Shown here piece by piece: positions 9,202-18,305 of a stretch of DNA of 32,000 bases (within the stretch, counting starts at the first letter, position 1; each line of letters opens with the position of its first letter). The stretch is from NCBI RefSeq assembly GCF_048585465.1, contig NZ_CP183996.1; one strand, written 5' to 3'. The DNA comes from Escherichia coli. Lineage in GTDB: Bacteria > Pseudomonadota > Gammaproteobacteria > Enterobacterales > Enterobacteriaceae. The position numbers and the translations under genes are program-made. Under the pieces are notes generated by a model. It made no database searches. It was not told the origin of the DNA and saw only the letters and a program-made list of their open reading frames with translations.

Positions 9202-9726
9202 TTATCCTCTCCCATGATTATGGTGATACCCCAATCGTGATTCCGCCAATTTTCTGGCATTAACGGCTAGAGATATGTCATCGTATAATCCAAGAAATAT
9301 CTTTTTATTATCACTGTTTATATATGCGCCCCACTTTTTATTCTTCTTATAGTAGGCAACCCCCATTACTCCAGAGCGATTATTAATAGGCTTTTTTCTG
9401 TTCCTTGAGTTCTGTTTATCATCTACAACGCGCAAATTGCATATTCTGTTATCGCTTTTAACTCCATTTATGTGGTCAATTTCCCCATCAGGTTCACTTC
9501 CATAAAAGGATATCCATGCGATTCTATGAGCTCGACAAACTTTTTTATTTACAGATATACGAACGTATCCTTTTTCATCTATAGAACCAGCAATCTTACC
9601 GGCATATGTTGAATTCCAGCACTCTCTTGCACTTTCTCTTCTCTTGTATATAAACAAACCTGTTTCGCTATTATATTCATACAATTCATTGATTTCTTTT
9701 TGTGTTGGATATCTTTTACCGTTCAT
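9202..9726 (-). CDS. HNH homing-type endonuclease 1
   Basis: 174 aa; EIDHINGVKSDNRICNLRVVDDKQNSRNRKKPINNRSGVMGVAYYKKNKKWGAYI, C-terminus GYHHNHGRG. Confidence 0.9.
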   Translation of the reverse strand: MNGKRYPTQKEINELYEYNSETGLFIYKRRESARECWNSTYAGKIAGSIDEKGYVRISVNKKVCRAHRIAWISFYGSEPDGEIDHINGVKSDNRICNLRVVDDKQNSRNRKKPINNRSGVMGVAYYKKNKKWGAYINSDNKKIFLGLYDDISLAVNARKLAESRLGYHHNHGRG

Positions 9727-10013
9727 GACTTAATCTTCCCCTCCTTCAGCAGTATCGCCTGCGTCCTGATCACGCCTTCGAGGTGGTAAAGTCTGGCGTC
9801 TTTGTTGTCGAGATTATGGGTGCGTCGGTCGATTTCATCGCGACACGCGCTACAAGCCCATGCGCCGATCAGGTCGTCAGGCTTCATTCCCGTTCCGCAA
9901 ATTCCAGCCATCCGGTAATGTGCCAGAACTGTAGTTTCAGGATTGCCATTGCATACGCCGTAAATACGTACCTGGCATTCTCTGCCGCGCGCTTCTTTGC
10001 GTAGGTTAGCCAT
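9723..10013 (-). CDS. DUF1364 / YbcO-like putative nuclease
   Basis: 96 aa; MANLRKEARGRECQVRIYGVCNGNPETTVLAHYRMAGICGTGMKPDDLIGAWACSACRDEID. Confidence 0.85.
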   Translation of the reverse strand: MANLRKEARGRECQVRIYGVCNGNPETTVLAHYRMAGICGTGMKPDDLIGAWACSACRDEIDRRTHNLDNKDARLYHLEGVIRTQAILLKEGKIKS

Positions 10014-10218
10014 TTACCTTCCCTCGCAATTGAAGAATTGACTGAAGGTCTTTTTTAATAAATATGCGAGTGCGAATTGAGCAGTAGTTTTCCTTCATTC
10101 TGGCGTAGTAATAGTCTTTTCTTTGCTTAAGCTTGTTGGCATCCGCTGTCATCCAGTCTTTTACAGCAAACTTAATTAACCAGCGGTGGCAGAGATACCA
10201 TTTCAGGTAATCACTCAT
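10006..10218 (-). CDS. Conserved small phage nin-region protein, function unknown
   Basis: 70 aa ORF overlapping both neighbours in compact nin-region style. Confidence 0.6.
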   Translation of the reverse strand: MSDYLKWYLCHRWLIKFAVKDWMTADANKLKQRKDYYYARMKENYCSIRTRIFIKKDLQSILQLRGKVNG

Positions 10219-10285
10219 CGTCTTCTTCCTCGTACATTGAGCTATTCGGATCGCTCATCAGTTCTGCGCAGTTATGGTCTGCCAT
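10211..10285 (-). pseudogene. ninF: ninF 3' fragment
   Basis: Encodes ...CAELMSDPNSSMYEEEDDE*, the C-terminus expected for NinF, now separated from the 5' part by an HNH gene. Confidence 0.7.
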
Positions 10286-10778
10286 GGTTTTCATGAAAAC
10301 CCAGTTCTTTTTCTGCCCTCTTCCTTTCTGCAATAGCGTCAATGATGCTAGCAAATATTCCAAGATATTTGGTGCGCCCATCTACGCATATATTCGCAAT
10401 CCACTTACATCTCTCTTTATTGAAATATACTCCAGTCACTCCTGACGAATTGGTTATTTTTCTCTTTTGGTTCTGTGCATTCTGTTGGTGTGTAACCAAT
10501 CGAAGATTAGATAGCCTATTATCTGACCTTACTCCATTTATATGATCAATTTTATACCCTAATGGAATCTCACCATTATTTATCATCCATATAACGTGGT
10601 GAGCATAAGTAATTACACCATCGATAGTTAACATCCTATAACCATCACTCCTAATGTAACCAGCAACACTGCCAACCTTAACATTATTAGAAGGAGACAC
10701 TTTCCATCTAAGTACACCTAAAACATCATCATATGATAATTTATTTCTTAATTCGTCTATGTTGCTTATATTTCTCAT
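10272..10778 (-). CDS. HNH homing-type endonuclease 2 inserted in ninF
   Basis: 168 aa; KIDHINGVRSDNRLSNLRLVTHQQNAQNQKRKITNSSGVTGVYFNKERCKWIA, C-terminus GFHENHGRP. Confidence 0.9.
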   Translation of the reverse strand: MRNISNIDELRNKLSYDDVLGVLRWKVSPSNNVKVGSVAGYIRSDGYRMLTIDGVITYAHHVIWMINNGEIPLGYKIDHINGVRSDNRLSNLRLVTHQQNAQNQKRKITNSSGVTGVYFNKERCKWIANICVDGRTKYLGIFASIIDAIAERKRAEKELGFHENHGRP

Positions 10779-10926
10779 TATGTTCCACCATATTTAAGCA
10801 TTCATATATACAACGCTCACACACGTGAACTTCCAGCACATGCAGCTTCTGACCGCAGTTAGCGCACGTTAAAGCTCGCTCGACGCTTTCTTTCTGGTAT
10901 TGAATGGATTGGGATGGGCTAAGCAT
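10741..10926 (-). pseudogene. ninF: ninF 5' fragment with altered C-terminus
   Basis: SVERALTCANCGQKLHVLEVHVCERC is NinF-like, then a novel tail IYECLNMVEHNEKYKQHRRIKK. Confidence 0.75.
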
Positions 10927-11320
10927 TATTGGCGTCCTGCATCATGAGAAAGACAATCATGGCAGCGCGGAGTGGGTTTTCATCTTGAGTCATATGATAT
11001 GGGGTACTATCACCGCCAACTTTTCTATGCGCTGCCTTCCATAATCCATTTTCTGGTGCTGGAATAATTCCAATTCTGTTCTCTACGATAATCGGCTCTG
11101 CGTCTGATGGGCTTTTACAGTAATCAACCGTTTTTATTGCATAACCAGTTTCGTCATCCCACTCAACACCAACGATTGATGTTCCCAACTTTGCGATTTC
11201 GCAATCTTCGGGAGCAAATCCACAGCAAATTGCCACTCGCTTGTTAATTTCAAAATCACTTAACTGTGAATAATCCATTGTCATTTCCTCGCACGATGTC
11301 TTAGCCACCGGATATCCCAC
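10919..11320 (-). CDS. ninX: NinX-like protein (DUF2591)
   Basis: 133 aa; [16 protein letters not shown]...[19 protein letters not shown]...[17 protein letters not shown]. Confidence 0.8.
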   Translation of the reverse strand: MGYPVAKTSCEEMTMDYSQLSDFEINKRVAICCGFAPEDCEIAKLGTSIVGVEWDDETGYAIKTVDYCKSPSDAEPIIVENRIGIIPAPENGLWKAAHRKVGGDSTPYHMTQDENPLRAAMIVFLMMQDANNA

Positions 11321-11457
11321 AGGTGAGCCGTGTAATTGAAGGTTTTTACGTCAGATTCTTTCGGGATTGGCTTGCGTTTATTTCTGGAGCGTTTCGTTGG
11401 AAGGTATTTGCAGTTTTCGCAGATGATGTCGGTGAAACTTCGTCGCTGTCGTCTCAT
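11281..11457 (-). CDS. ninE: NinE
   Basis: [58 protein letters not shown]; start set at the internal Met, not the longer track ORF (to 11517). Confidence 0.88.
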   Translation of the reverse strand: MRRQRRSFTDIICENCKYLPTKRSRNKRKPIPKESDVKTFNYTAHLWDIRWLRHRARK

Positions 11458-11894
11458 GCTGCCCTGTCTCCCCATCGCGCTTTCCACTCCAGAGCCAGTC
11501 GCGCTTCGTCTGACCACTTAACGCCACGCTCTGTACCGAATGCCTGTATAAGCTCTAATAGCTCCGCAAATTCGCTTACACGCATCCTGCTGGTTGACTG
11601 GCCTATTACCACAAAGCCATTCCCGGTAAGGTTAGGAACAACGTCCTGCTGCTTTAAGGCTGCGGTAAAAACGCACTTCCAGCTTTCTGCATCCAGCCAG
11701 CGACCATGCCATTCAACCTGACGCGAAACGTCGCCAAGGCAAGCCCAAAGCTTCCGATTTTGGTCTAAGCTGCGGTTGCGCTCCTGAATGGTTACTACGA
11801 TTGGTTTGGTTGGGTCCGGAAGGATTTTCTGGATGGCTTGAATGGCGTTCTGCTGATGGATGGGGCTTCTTAGTTCAAACGTTAGTTTCCTCAT
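11454..11894 (-). CDS. ninB: NinB recombination protein
   Basis: 146 aa; [68 protein letters not shown]. Confidence 0.93.
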   Translation of the reverse strand: MRKLTFELRSPIHQQNAIQAIQKILPDPTKPIVVTIQERNRSLDQNRKLWACLGDVSRQVEWHGRWLDAESWKCVFTAALKQQDVVPNLTGNGFVVIGQSTSRMRVSEFAELLELIQAFGTERGVKWSDEARLALEWKARWGDRAA

Positions 11895-12111
11895 GGGATG
11901 AACTCCAGTGTGTGATGTTAAATTCCCATTTAATTACCTTTGCATACCCAATTTTGAACCCATCAATACCTATCCACCGGTTGCCACTCCAATAAGCTGT
12001 ACCACTTTGCTTGAAATGATGTGGATGCCTAGATTTAGTGGTCACTGTTACAGGTAAATATGGCTTCGGGTATTCCCCATTTCCTGGATAACCAGATTTA
12101 ATTCTGCTCAT
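11875..12111 (-). CDS. Hypothetical protein
   Basis: 78 aa ORF overlapping ninB start and 12108..12434 stop, consistent with an operon. Confidence 0.6.
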   Translation of the reverse strand: MSRIKSGYPGNGEYPKPYLPVTVTTKSRHPHHFKQSGTAYWSGNRWIGIDGFKIGYAKVIKWEFNITHWSSSHEETNV

Positions 12112-12434
12112 TGATACCCTCTCTCACTTAATCGCCTCCACGCTTCGTTAAACTCTTCTCGAGTTGCGCCGGATTTTCTTTCTTCAAACATCATGCATTC
12201 GCTGATGTCTCCCCATGACTTTGGTCGCTTTTCAGCGAACAGATCATCCCATTCGAATACCCAGCGGCCTGATTTTCGGTAGTGGTAAATGGTCAGCCAT
12301 GTTGTGCTGTTCGCTGGATACCCATAGAGAACTTCGACTTTTTGATCACGGTCTTTATGCTTCTTCAGCAGGATAAAGCCAGCAACCAGCGAAGTTCCGG
12401 CAAGAATGATGATTGGAATTTGCCAGTCAGCCAC
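12108..12434 (-). CDS. Hypothetical protein with N-terminal transmembrane segment
   Basis: 108 aa; IPIIILAGTSLVAGFILL followed by a charged soluble region. Confidence 0.65.
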   Translation of the reverse strand: MADWQIPIIILAGTSLVAGFILLKKHKDRDQKVEVLYGYPANSTTWLTIYHYRKSGRWVFEWDDLFAEKRPKSWGDISECMMFEERKSGATREEFNEAWRRLSERGYQ

Positions 12435-12452
12435 ACTTCCCTCTCCCCCAAA

Positions 12453-12481
12453 TAAAAAGGCCTGCGATTACCAGCAGGCCT
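12453..12481 (-). terminator. Intrinsic terminator within the PR operon
   Basis: Minus strand AGGCCTGC-TGGTAATC-GCAGGCCT followed by TTTTATT. Confidence 0.75.
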
Positions 12482-12509
12482 GTTATTAGCTCAGTGATGT
12501 AGATGGTCA

Positions 12510-13946
12510 TCAGAATCCTCCTTTCTTCTTGGACTGCGGTTCCTCGCGTTCACGTCGGCGCATTTCAGCAGACTGTTGGTCTGTGTCATAAATAGCGCCA
12601 TTTGCCTGAATGCAATACACCGTGCCGGTATTGCCATGACGATTGAGACGAAGGATTAGTTCGGTTTCACCAGGTGGAACACTGTCATCAAAAGCGCCTT
12701 CACGATGGATCCCAACCCAATAATCGCAATCCTGTTCAATCTGCCCTGTATCTCGTGAGTCACTTGGTAATGGGCGTTTATTGGTTCGGCTTTCCAGTGC
12801 GCGGTTAAGCTGTGTCAGAAGCACAACAACGCAATCAAGCTCTTTGGCAAGGTTCTTCAGTCCTTTGGTGATCATGCCGTAAGCAAGGTCGTTGCGATCG
12901 GCCTTCTCAGCGGTCATTAGTGTCAGGTAATCGACCAGAATCATGCCAACACATCCTTTTTCTCGCTTGATTCGACGGCTTTCGCTGACGATTTGAGCCA
13001 GAGATAATCCCGGCGTGTCGTCGATGTAAAGCATGTCGATTTCACTCAAGCGATTAGCTGTTTCGATCGCCCTGTTGAAGTCACCATCGTAATCACCCTG
13101 ATAGCCGTCATCAGCGTCATTTGTCGCCGGAAGGTAAAAAATATTCGGGTTAACACCTGACTTCTGTCCCACCAGTTTTTCCAGTATCTGGTCACCTGGC
13201 ATTTCAAGGCTGAACATCAGAGCGGGCTTTTTCTCATGCACTGCGCAGTTGATTGCCATCTGGCTGTATAGCGTCGTTTTCCCCATCTTAGGGCGAGCGC
13301 CAATGACAAACAGAGAGCCTTTCACCAGACCTTTCGGTGACAGCATCCTGTCCAGCGATGGGATCCCTGTGCTCATTCCTCGTTGTTCGCCTGACGGGTC
13401 AAATCGCTTCTCAAGGTCGCTAACCCAGTCTTCCATGACCTCACCAAATGAGCGAAGGCCGCGACGCGATCCGGTTTTTGCATGGTCTGTCAGTTGCGTG
13501 AAAATCGCCTGAATAGCTTCGTACTTCTGCGTTGCAGTCATTCCGTTGCGGGAATAGAGAAATTCCGTCGCTTCAGTCATGCGGTTGATGGCGTAGCGTT
13601 CCATTGCGGTTTCACGAACCTGCATTGCATAGGCAACAATGTTTGCTACGCTTGGCGTGTTCTTTGCGAGCTCAGCGATATAAGCAAAACCGCCAACAGA
13701 CGCCGTTAACGATTTACGCTCCAGTTCATCGAAAAGCGTCAGGCCATCTACTGGCTTTTGCTCCCGGTGCATTCTGGTTATTTCTTCGAAAAGGATTTTG
13801 TGTGGTCGGCCGTAAAATGAATCAGGCTTCAGCATCGCCAGAACTTTCTGGACGCGCTCACTGCTGTCATCATCCAGAAGCAATCCACCAATCACCGCCT
13901 GCTCTGCCTCGATGCTATGGGGCGGCGCATAAAAATTATCGGTCAT
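12510..13946 (-). CDS. DnaB-like replicative helicase (P22 gp12-like)
   Basis: MTDNFYAPPHSIEAEQAVIGGLLLDD...LFVIGARPKMGKTTLYSQMAINCA...VILVDYLTLM; start set at MTDNFY (track ORF to 13961). Confidence 0.95.
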   Translation of the reverse strand: MTDNFYAPPHSIEAEQAVIGGLLLDDDSSERVQKVLAMLKPDSFYGRPHKILFEEITRMHREQKPVDGLTLFDELERKSLTASVGGFAYIAELAKNTPSVANIVAYAMQVRETAMERYAINRMTEATEFLYSRNGMTATQKYEAIQAIFTQLTDHAKTGSRRGLRSFGEVMEDWVSDLEKRFDPSGEQRGMSTGIPSLDRMLSPKGLVKGSLFVIGARPKMGKTTLYSQMAINCAVHEKKPALMFSLEMPGDQILEKLVGQKSGVNPNIFYLPATNDADDGYQGDYDGDFNRAIETANRLSEIDMLYIDDTPGLSLAQIVSESRRIKREKGCVGMILVDYLTLMTAEKADRNDLAYGMITKGLKNLAKELDCVVVLLTQLNRALESRTNKRPLPSDSRDTGQIEQDCDYWVGIHREGAFDDSVPPGETELILRLNRHGNTGTVYCIQANGAIYDTDQQSAEMRRREREEPQSKKKGGF

Positions 13947-14826
13947 CGTGTTCACCCTCACGAACTTTCAGGTAGGTATTATCGTTAAGCAGGAAATCAA
14001 ATCCCTTTTTGTGCCAGACAGTTCCGCGTTGATGGTTTGGACGCTCTTCGAACATCCATCGGCAATTTTCGCCTACGTAGCTCAAATAATTTCTCCAGTC
14101 CTGCATCGTGAACCCATGCCCGTCAAGCTGGCGGGTTATCACTCCGGCTTTGCGCCAGAACGTTCGGATCTGGTTTTTACGCTTGTCATTCAGTGCGCGG
14201 ATTTTTGGCGCTTCAGGAAGGATTTCGTGGTAAGCATCGACAACATCCTGACAGCTAACGGAAGGTTTTTTCTTGTCAGACTTTTTGTCTGCTGTGGCAC
14301 TCTCTAATACGTCAGTATTAGAGATATTATTTATATTATTGTTTATGGACAACCGTTGGACAACCGTTGGACAATCTCCGCTGAGAGCCGCGCCATTACT
14401 GGTGTTTGCGTTGGACAACCGTTGGACAACCGTTGGACAATTTTTTGCCTGAAAATCGTCATATTTAACGATTGTAAACAGGCTAAATTTCTTCCCCATC
14501 GAGCAAATATTAAGCATCCCTTTCGACTCAAAAGTCCGTAATAAGCTCCTAACTTTGTTGTCGGGGATGAATGTTTCTCTGACCAGCGACGGGCGTCCAG
14601 TTATCATCTGACCGCGATCAACAGTTATCGGACCGATATCAGTATTGACGACAGTAGATTCGTGATTAGCCTTGAGGATTAAGTGAAGCCAAAGATGTAC
14701 TGCCTGAGAGTCCTTATAGAGCCTGCTGTCCATAAACTGGCGGTGTATAGAGACATACCCCATACTGGATGCCTCCTGATGTTGTACAGGGTTATGCCTG
14801 TAATCAGCTAACTTAACGACGCCCAT
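13936..14826 (-). CDS. Phage replication initiator (lambda O / P22 gp18 position)
   Basis: 296 aa ORF upstream of the helicase with an N-terminal winged-helix-like region; contains the iteron array in its coding sequence. Confidence 0.85.
   Translation of the reverse strand: MGVVKLADYRHNPVQHQEASSMGYVSIHRQFMDSRLYKDSQAVHLWLHLILKANHESTVVNTDIGPITVDRGQMITGRPSLVRETFIPDNKVRSLLRTFESKGMLNICSMGKKFSLFTIVKYDDFQAKNCPTVVQRLSNANTSNGAALSGDCPTVVQRLSINNNINNISNTDVLESATADKKSDKKKPSVSCQDVVDAYHEILPEAPKIRALNDKRKNQIRTFWRKAGVITRQLDGHGFTMQDWRNYLSYVGENCRWMFEERPNHQRGTVWHKKGFDFLLNDNTYLKVREGEHDDR
14345..14441. repeat. Replication origin iterons (11-bp period GTTGGACAACC)
   Basis: Two clusters of three tandem units: 14345..14374 and 14410..14441 (TTGGACAACCG TTGGACAACCG TTGGACAA). 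Confidence 0.85.
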
Positions 14827-14974
14827 GTTTCACTCCTGCTTTGGCTAGTCTGTAAACACCAACAAGGCGCTCTGCGAACGCCCTGTTATTTGCTGCGGCT
14901 ACCACTAATCCCTCAGGTGAATCAGGGTGTCGAATCTCTTCTTTTTCCTGGTATTTCTTACGACGTTTTGTCAT
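14813..14974 (-). CDS. Small conserved lambdoid ORF (53 aa)
   Basis: MTKRRKKYQEKEEIRHPDSPEGLVVAAANNRAFAERLVGVYRLAKAGVKHGRR, overlaps the start of the replication gene. Confidence 0.6.
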   Translation of the reverse strand: MTKRRKKYQEKEEIRHPDSPEGLVVAAANNRAFAERLVGVYRLAKAGVKHGRR

Positions 14975-15008
14975 AATTACTCCTGTGGATTGATCCAGTC
15001 TTTCTACA

Positions 15009-15287
15009 TCAGGCCTCGAAGAATTCGCCGTTCTTCGGGGCTTTTTCTTTTGTCAGCATTCTGGCTACTTTCTTAGCCAGTTCCGCCAATTCCTCGTCTT
15101 CAACACCCCATTCAAGAACAGCCAGAAGCATTCCCATTTTTGGGATAAAGCTGTCTTTCCATCGCGAAATTTGCGATTCATTGATCCCTAATGCATCAGC
15201 AACCTTTCGCTGACCACGTACAGCAATTCGATTCAGGATGTTGCTTGTAATTGCATTCGCTTTCTTGCGAGTACTTGTAAGTTGCAT
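15009..15287 (-). CDS. cII: CII transcriptional activator
   Basis: MQLTSTRKKANAITSNILNRIAVRGQRKVADALGINESQISRWKDSFIPKMGMLLAVLEWGVEDEE; start after lambda-like leader CTAAGGAAATACTTACAT. Confidence 0.93.
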   Translation of the reverse strand: MQLTSTRKKANAITSNILNRIAVRGQRKVADALGINESQISRWKDSFIPKMGMLLAVLEWGVEDEELAELAKKVARMLTKEKAPKNGEFFEA

Positions 15288-15366
15288 ATGTAAGTATTTC
15301 CTTAGATAACAATTGATTGAATGTATGCAAATAAATGCATACACCATAGGTGTGGTTTAATTTGAT

Positions 15367-15398
15367 GCCCTTTTTCAGGGCTGGGATGTGTAAGAGCG
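15367..15398 (-). promoter_or_regulatory. nutR (boxA + boxB)
   Basis: Minus strand CGCTCTTACACATCCCAGCCCTGAAAAAGGGCA, near-identical to lambda nutR as remembered. Confidence 0.93.
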
Positions 15399-15406
15399 GG
15401 AATGTC

Positions 15407-16759
<1,353 letters not shown>

Positions 16760-16809
16760 TCCTCACCTCGATTTCGACAACCAAAAAACAAACTATTTTC
16801 CGTTTAAAA

Positions 16810-16877
16810 ACAATGGAGTTTGTTTTTCACGCCCATTTTTACAATATTTCTTGTTTACAGCATACAATCTTTCTTGT
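16810..16877. promoter_or_regulatory. OL-like operators (three sites)
   Basis: ACAATGGAGTTTGT (16810..16823), ACAATATTTCTTGT (16841..16854), ACAATCTTTCTTGT (16864..16877). Confidence 0.7.
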
Positions 16878-16922
16878 AATTTTAAGCCATCAGCAGGACG
16901 CACTAACCACCATTGAAGGTGA

Positions 16923-16953
16923 GGCTCTTAAAAATTTAGCCCTGAAGAAGGGC
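16923..16953 (+). promoter_or_regulatory. nutL (boxA + boxB)
   Basis: GGCTCTTAAAAATTTAGCCCTGAAGAAGGGC, near-identical to lambda nutL boxA/boxB. Confidence 0.93.
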
Positions 16954-17063
16954 AGCATTCAAAGCAGAAAGCTTTGAGTAGCGCGAAATGCAGCTGCAAG
17001 ACAGCAACCGTGGAGATAAGCATCACGGCGCGTTACTCAAAGCTAACTGACAGGAGAATCAAG

Positions 17064-17390
17064 ATGGATGCACAAACACGCCGCCGCGAACGTCGCGCAG
17101 AGAAACAGGCTCAATGGAAAGCAGCAAATCCCCTGTTGGTTGGGGTAAGCGCAAAACCAGTTAACCGCCCTATTCTCTCGCTGAATCGCAAACCGAAATC
17201 ACGAGTAGAAAGCGCACTGAATCCGATAGACCTTACGGTGCTGGCTGAATACCACGAACAGATTGAAAGCAACCTGCAACGTATTGAGCGCAAGAATCAG
17301 CGCACATGGTACAGCAAGCCACGCAGTGAAATGGGTGTGACTTGTGTTGGTCGCCAGAAAATGAAATTAGGCAGCAAACCACTTATTTGA
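17064..17390 (+). CDS. N: Antitermination protein N (lambda type)
   Basis: MDAQTRRRERRAEKQAQWKAANPLLVGVSAKPVNRPILSLNRKPKSRVESALNPIDLTVLAEYHEQIESNLQRIERKNQRTWYSKP, nearly identical to lambda N. Confidence 0.96.
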   Translation: MDAQTRRRERRAEKQAQWKAANPLLVGVSAKPVNRPILSLNRKPKSRVESALNPIDLTVLAEYHEQIESNLQRIERKNQRTWYSKPRSEMGVTCVGRQKMKLGSKPLI

Positions 17391-17398
17391 GGTGAGAT

Positions 17399-17644
17399 AT
17401 GGAAGCATTAGTAGTAGAGCGAAGCGAGGATGGCTACTGGACGCACCCAGAATACGCCAACCTGTTTGGGGATAGAGAGGTAATTTCAGCTGATGAGTTC
17501 AGATCTTTCTGCAAGCAGCATGGCATTGAATCATCAATTGTTGAAATGGAAAACGACAACAATCAAACGGTAATTGACTCGTATTTTGAAGATGGGAATC
17601 CAAACATCAGTGGATGGGAGCCAAGCATGCCAGATGGAGAATGA
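17399..17644 (+). CDS. Hypothetical acidic early phage protein
   Basis: 81 aa ORF directly after N in the PL operon. Confidence 0.6.
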   Translation: MEALVVERSEDGYWTHPEYANLFGDREVISADEFRSFCKQHGIESSIVEMENDNNQTVIDSYFEDGNPNISGWEPSMPDGE

Positions 17645-17710
17645 TGGTTTGTTGGTTCGATTCACGATACAGAAGACGGTCCGATCTGCGTTTGGTTCAG
17701 GAATGTGGAT

Positions 17711-17737
17711 AAGGCCGCATAGTCGGCCTTTATTTTT
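17711..17737 (+). terminator. Intrinsic terminator in PL operon
   Basis: AAGGCCG-CATAGT-CGGCCTT-TATTTTT. Confidence 0.8.
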
Positions 17738-17854
17738 GGCATAAACAACAGAATAAACACTGCACTGTGTATTCATTCCAACGAGTGAATACACGGAGCA
17801 ATGTCGCTCGTAACTAAACAGGAGCCGACTTGTTCTGATTATTGGAAATCTTCT

Positions 17855-17882
17855 TTGCCCTCCAGTGTGAGGGCAATTTTTT
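17855..17882 (+). terminator. Second intrinsic terminator in PL operon
   Basis: TTGCCCTC-CAGTGT-GAGGGCAA-TTTTTT. Confidence 0.8.
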
Positions 17883-17902
17883 ATCTATGAGGATATGAAC
17901 AG

Positions 17903-18271
17903 ATGTCAAACATCAAAAAATACATCATTGATTACGACTGGAAAGCATCAATAGAAATTGAAATCGACCATGACGTAATGACAGAGGAAAAACTTCACCA
18001 GATTAATAATTTCTGGTCAGACTCTGAATACAGACTCAAAAAACACGGCTCTGTATTAAATGCTGTATTAATCATGCTGGCGCAACATGCTCTGCTTATA
18101 GCAATTTCAAGCGACTTAAATGCATATGGTGTTGTGTGTGAGTTCGACTGGAATGATGGAAATGGTCAGGAAGGATGGCCTCCAATGGATGGTAGCGAAG
18201 GAATAAGAATTACCGATATCGATACATCAGGAATATTTGATTCAGATGATATGACTATCAAAGCCGCCTGA
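17903..18271 (+). CDS. DUF2528-like phage protein
   Basis: 122 aa; MSNIKKYIIDYDWKASIEIEIDHDVMTEEKLHQINNFWSDSEYRLKKHGSVLNAVLIMLAQHAL. Confidence 0.7.
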   Translation: MSNIKKYIIDYDWKASIEIEIDHDVMTEEKLHQINNFWSDSEYRLKKHGSVLNAVLIMLAQHALLIAISSDLNAYGVVCEFDWNDGNGQEGWPPMDGSEGIRITDIDTSGIFDSDDMTIKAA

Positions 18272-18305
18272 GAGCGTTTTTAAAGAATACAACGAAGGAG
18301 GATAT

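Noticed and set aside
10271-10809. Group I intron hosting the HNH gene in ninF.
   Set aside because: Non-ORF sequence within the insertion is only about 30 nt, far too little for a group I intron core.
14345-14441. Short tandem repeats that could suggest a CRISPR-like array.
   Set aside because: The units are contiguous 11-mers without unique spacers and sit inside the replication initiator; origin iterons explain them. No CRISPR array was seen in the window.
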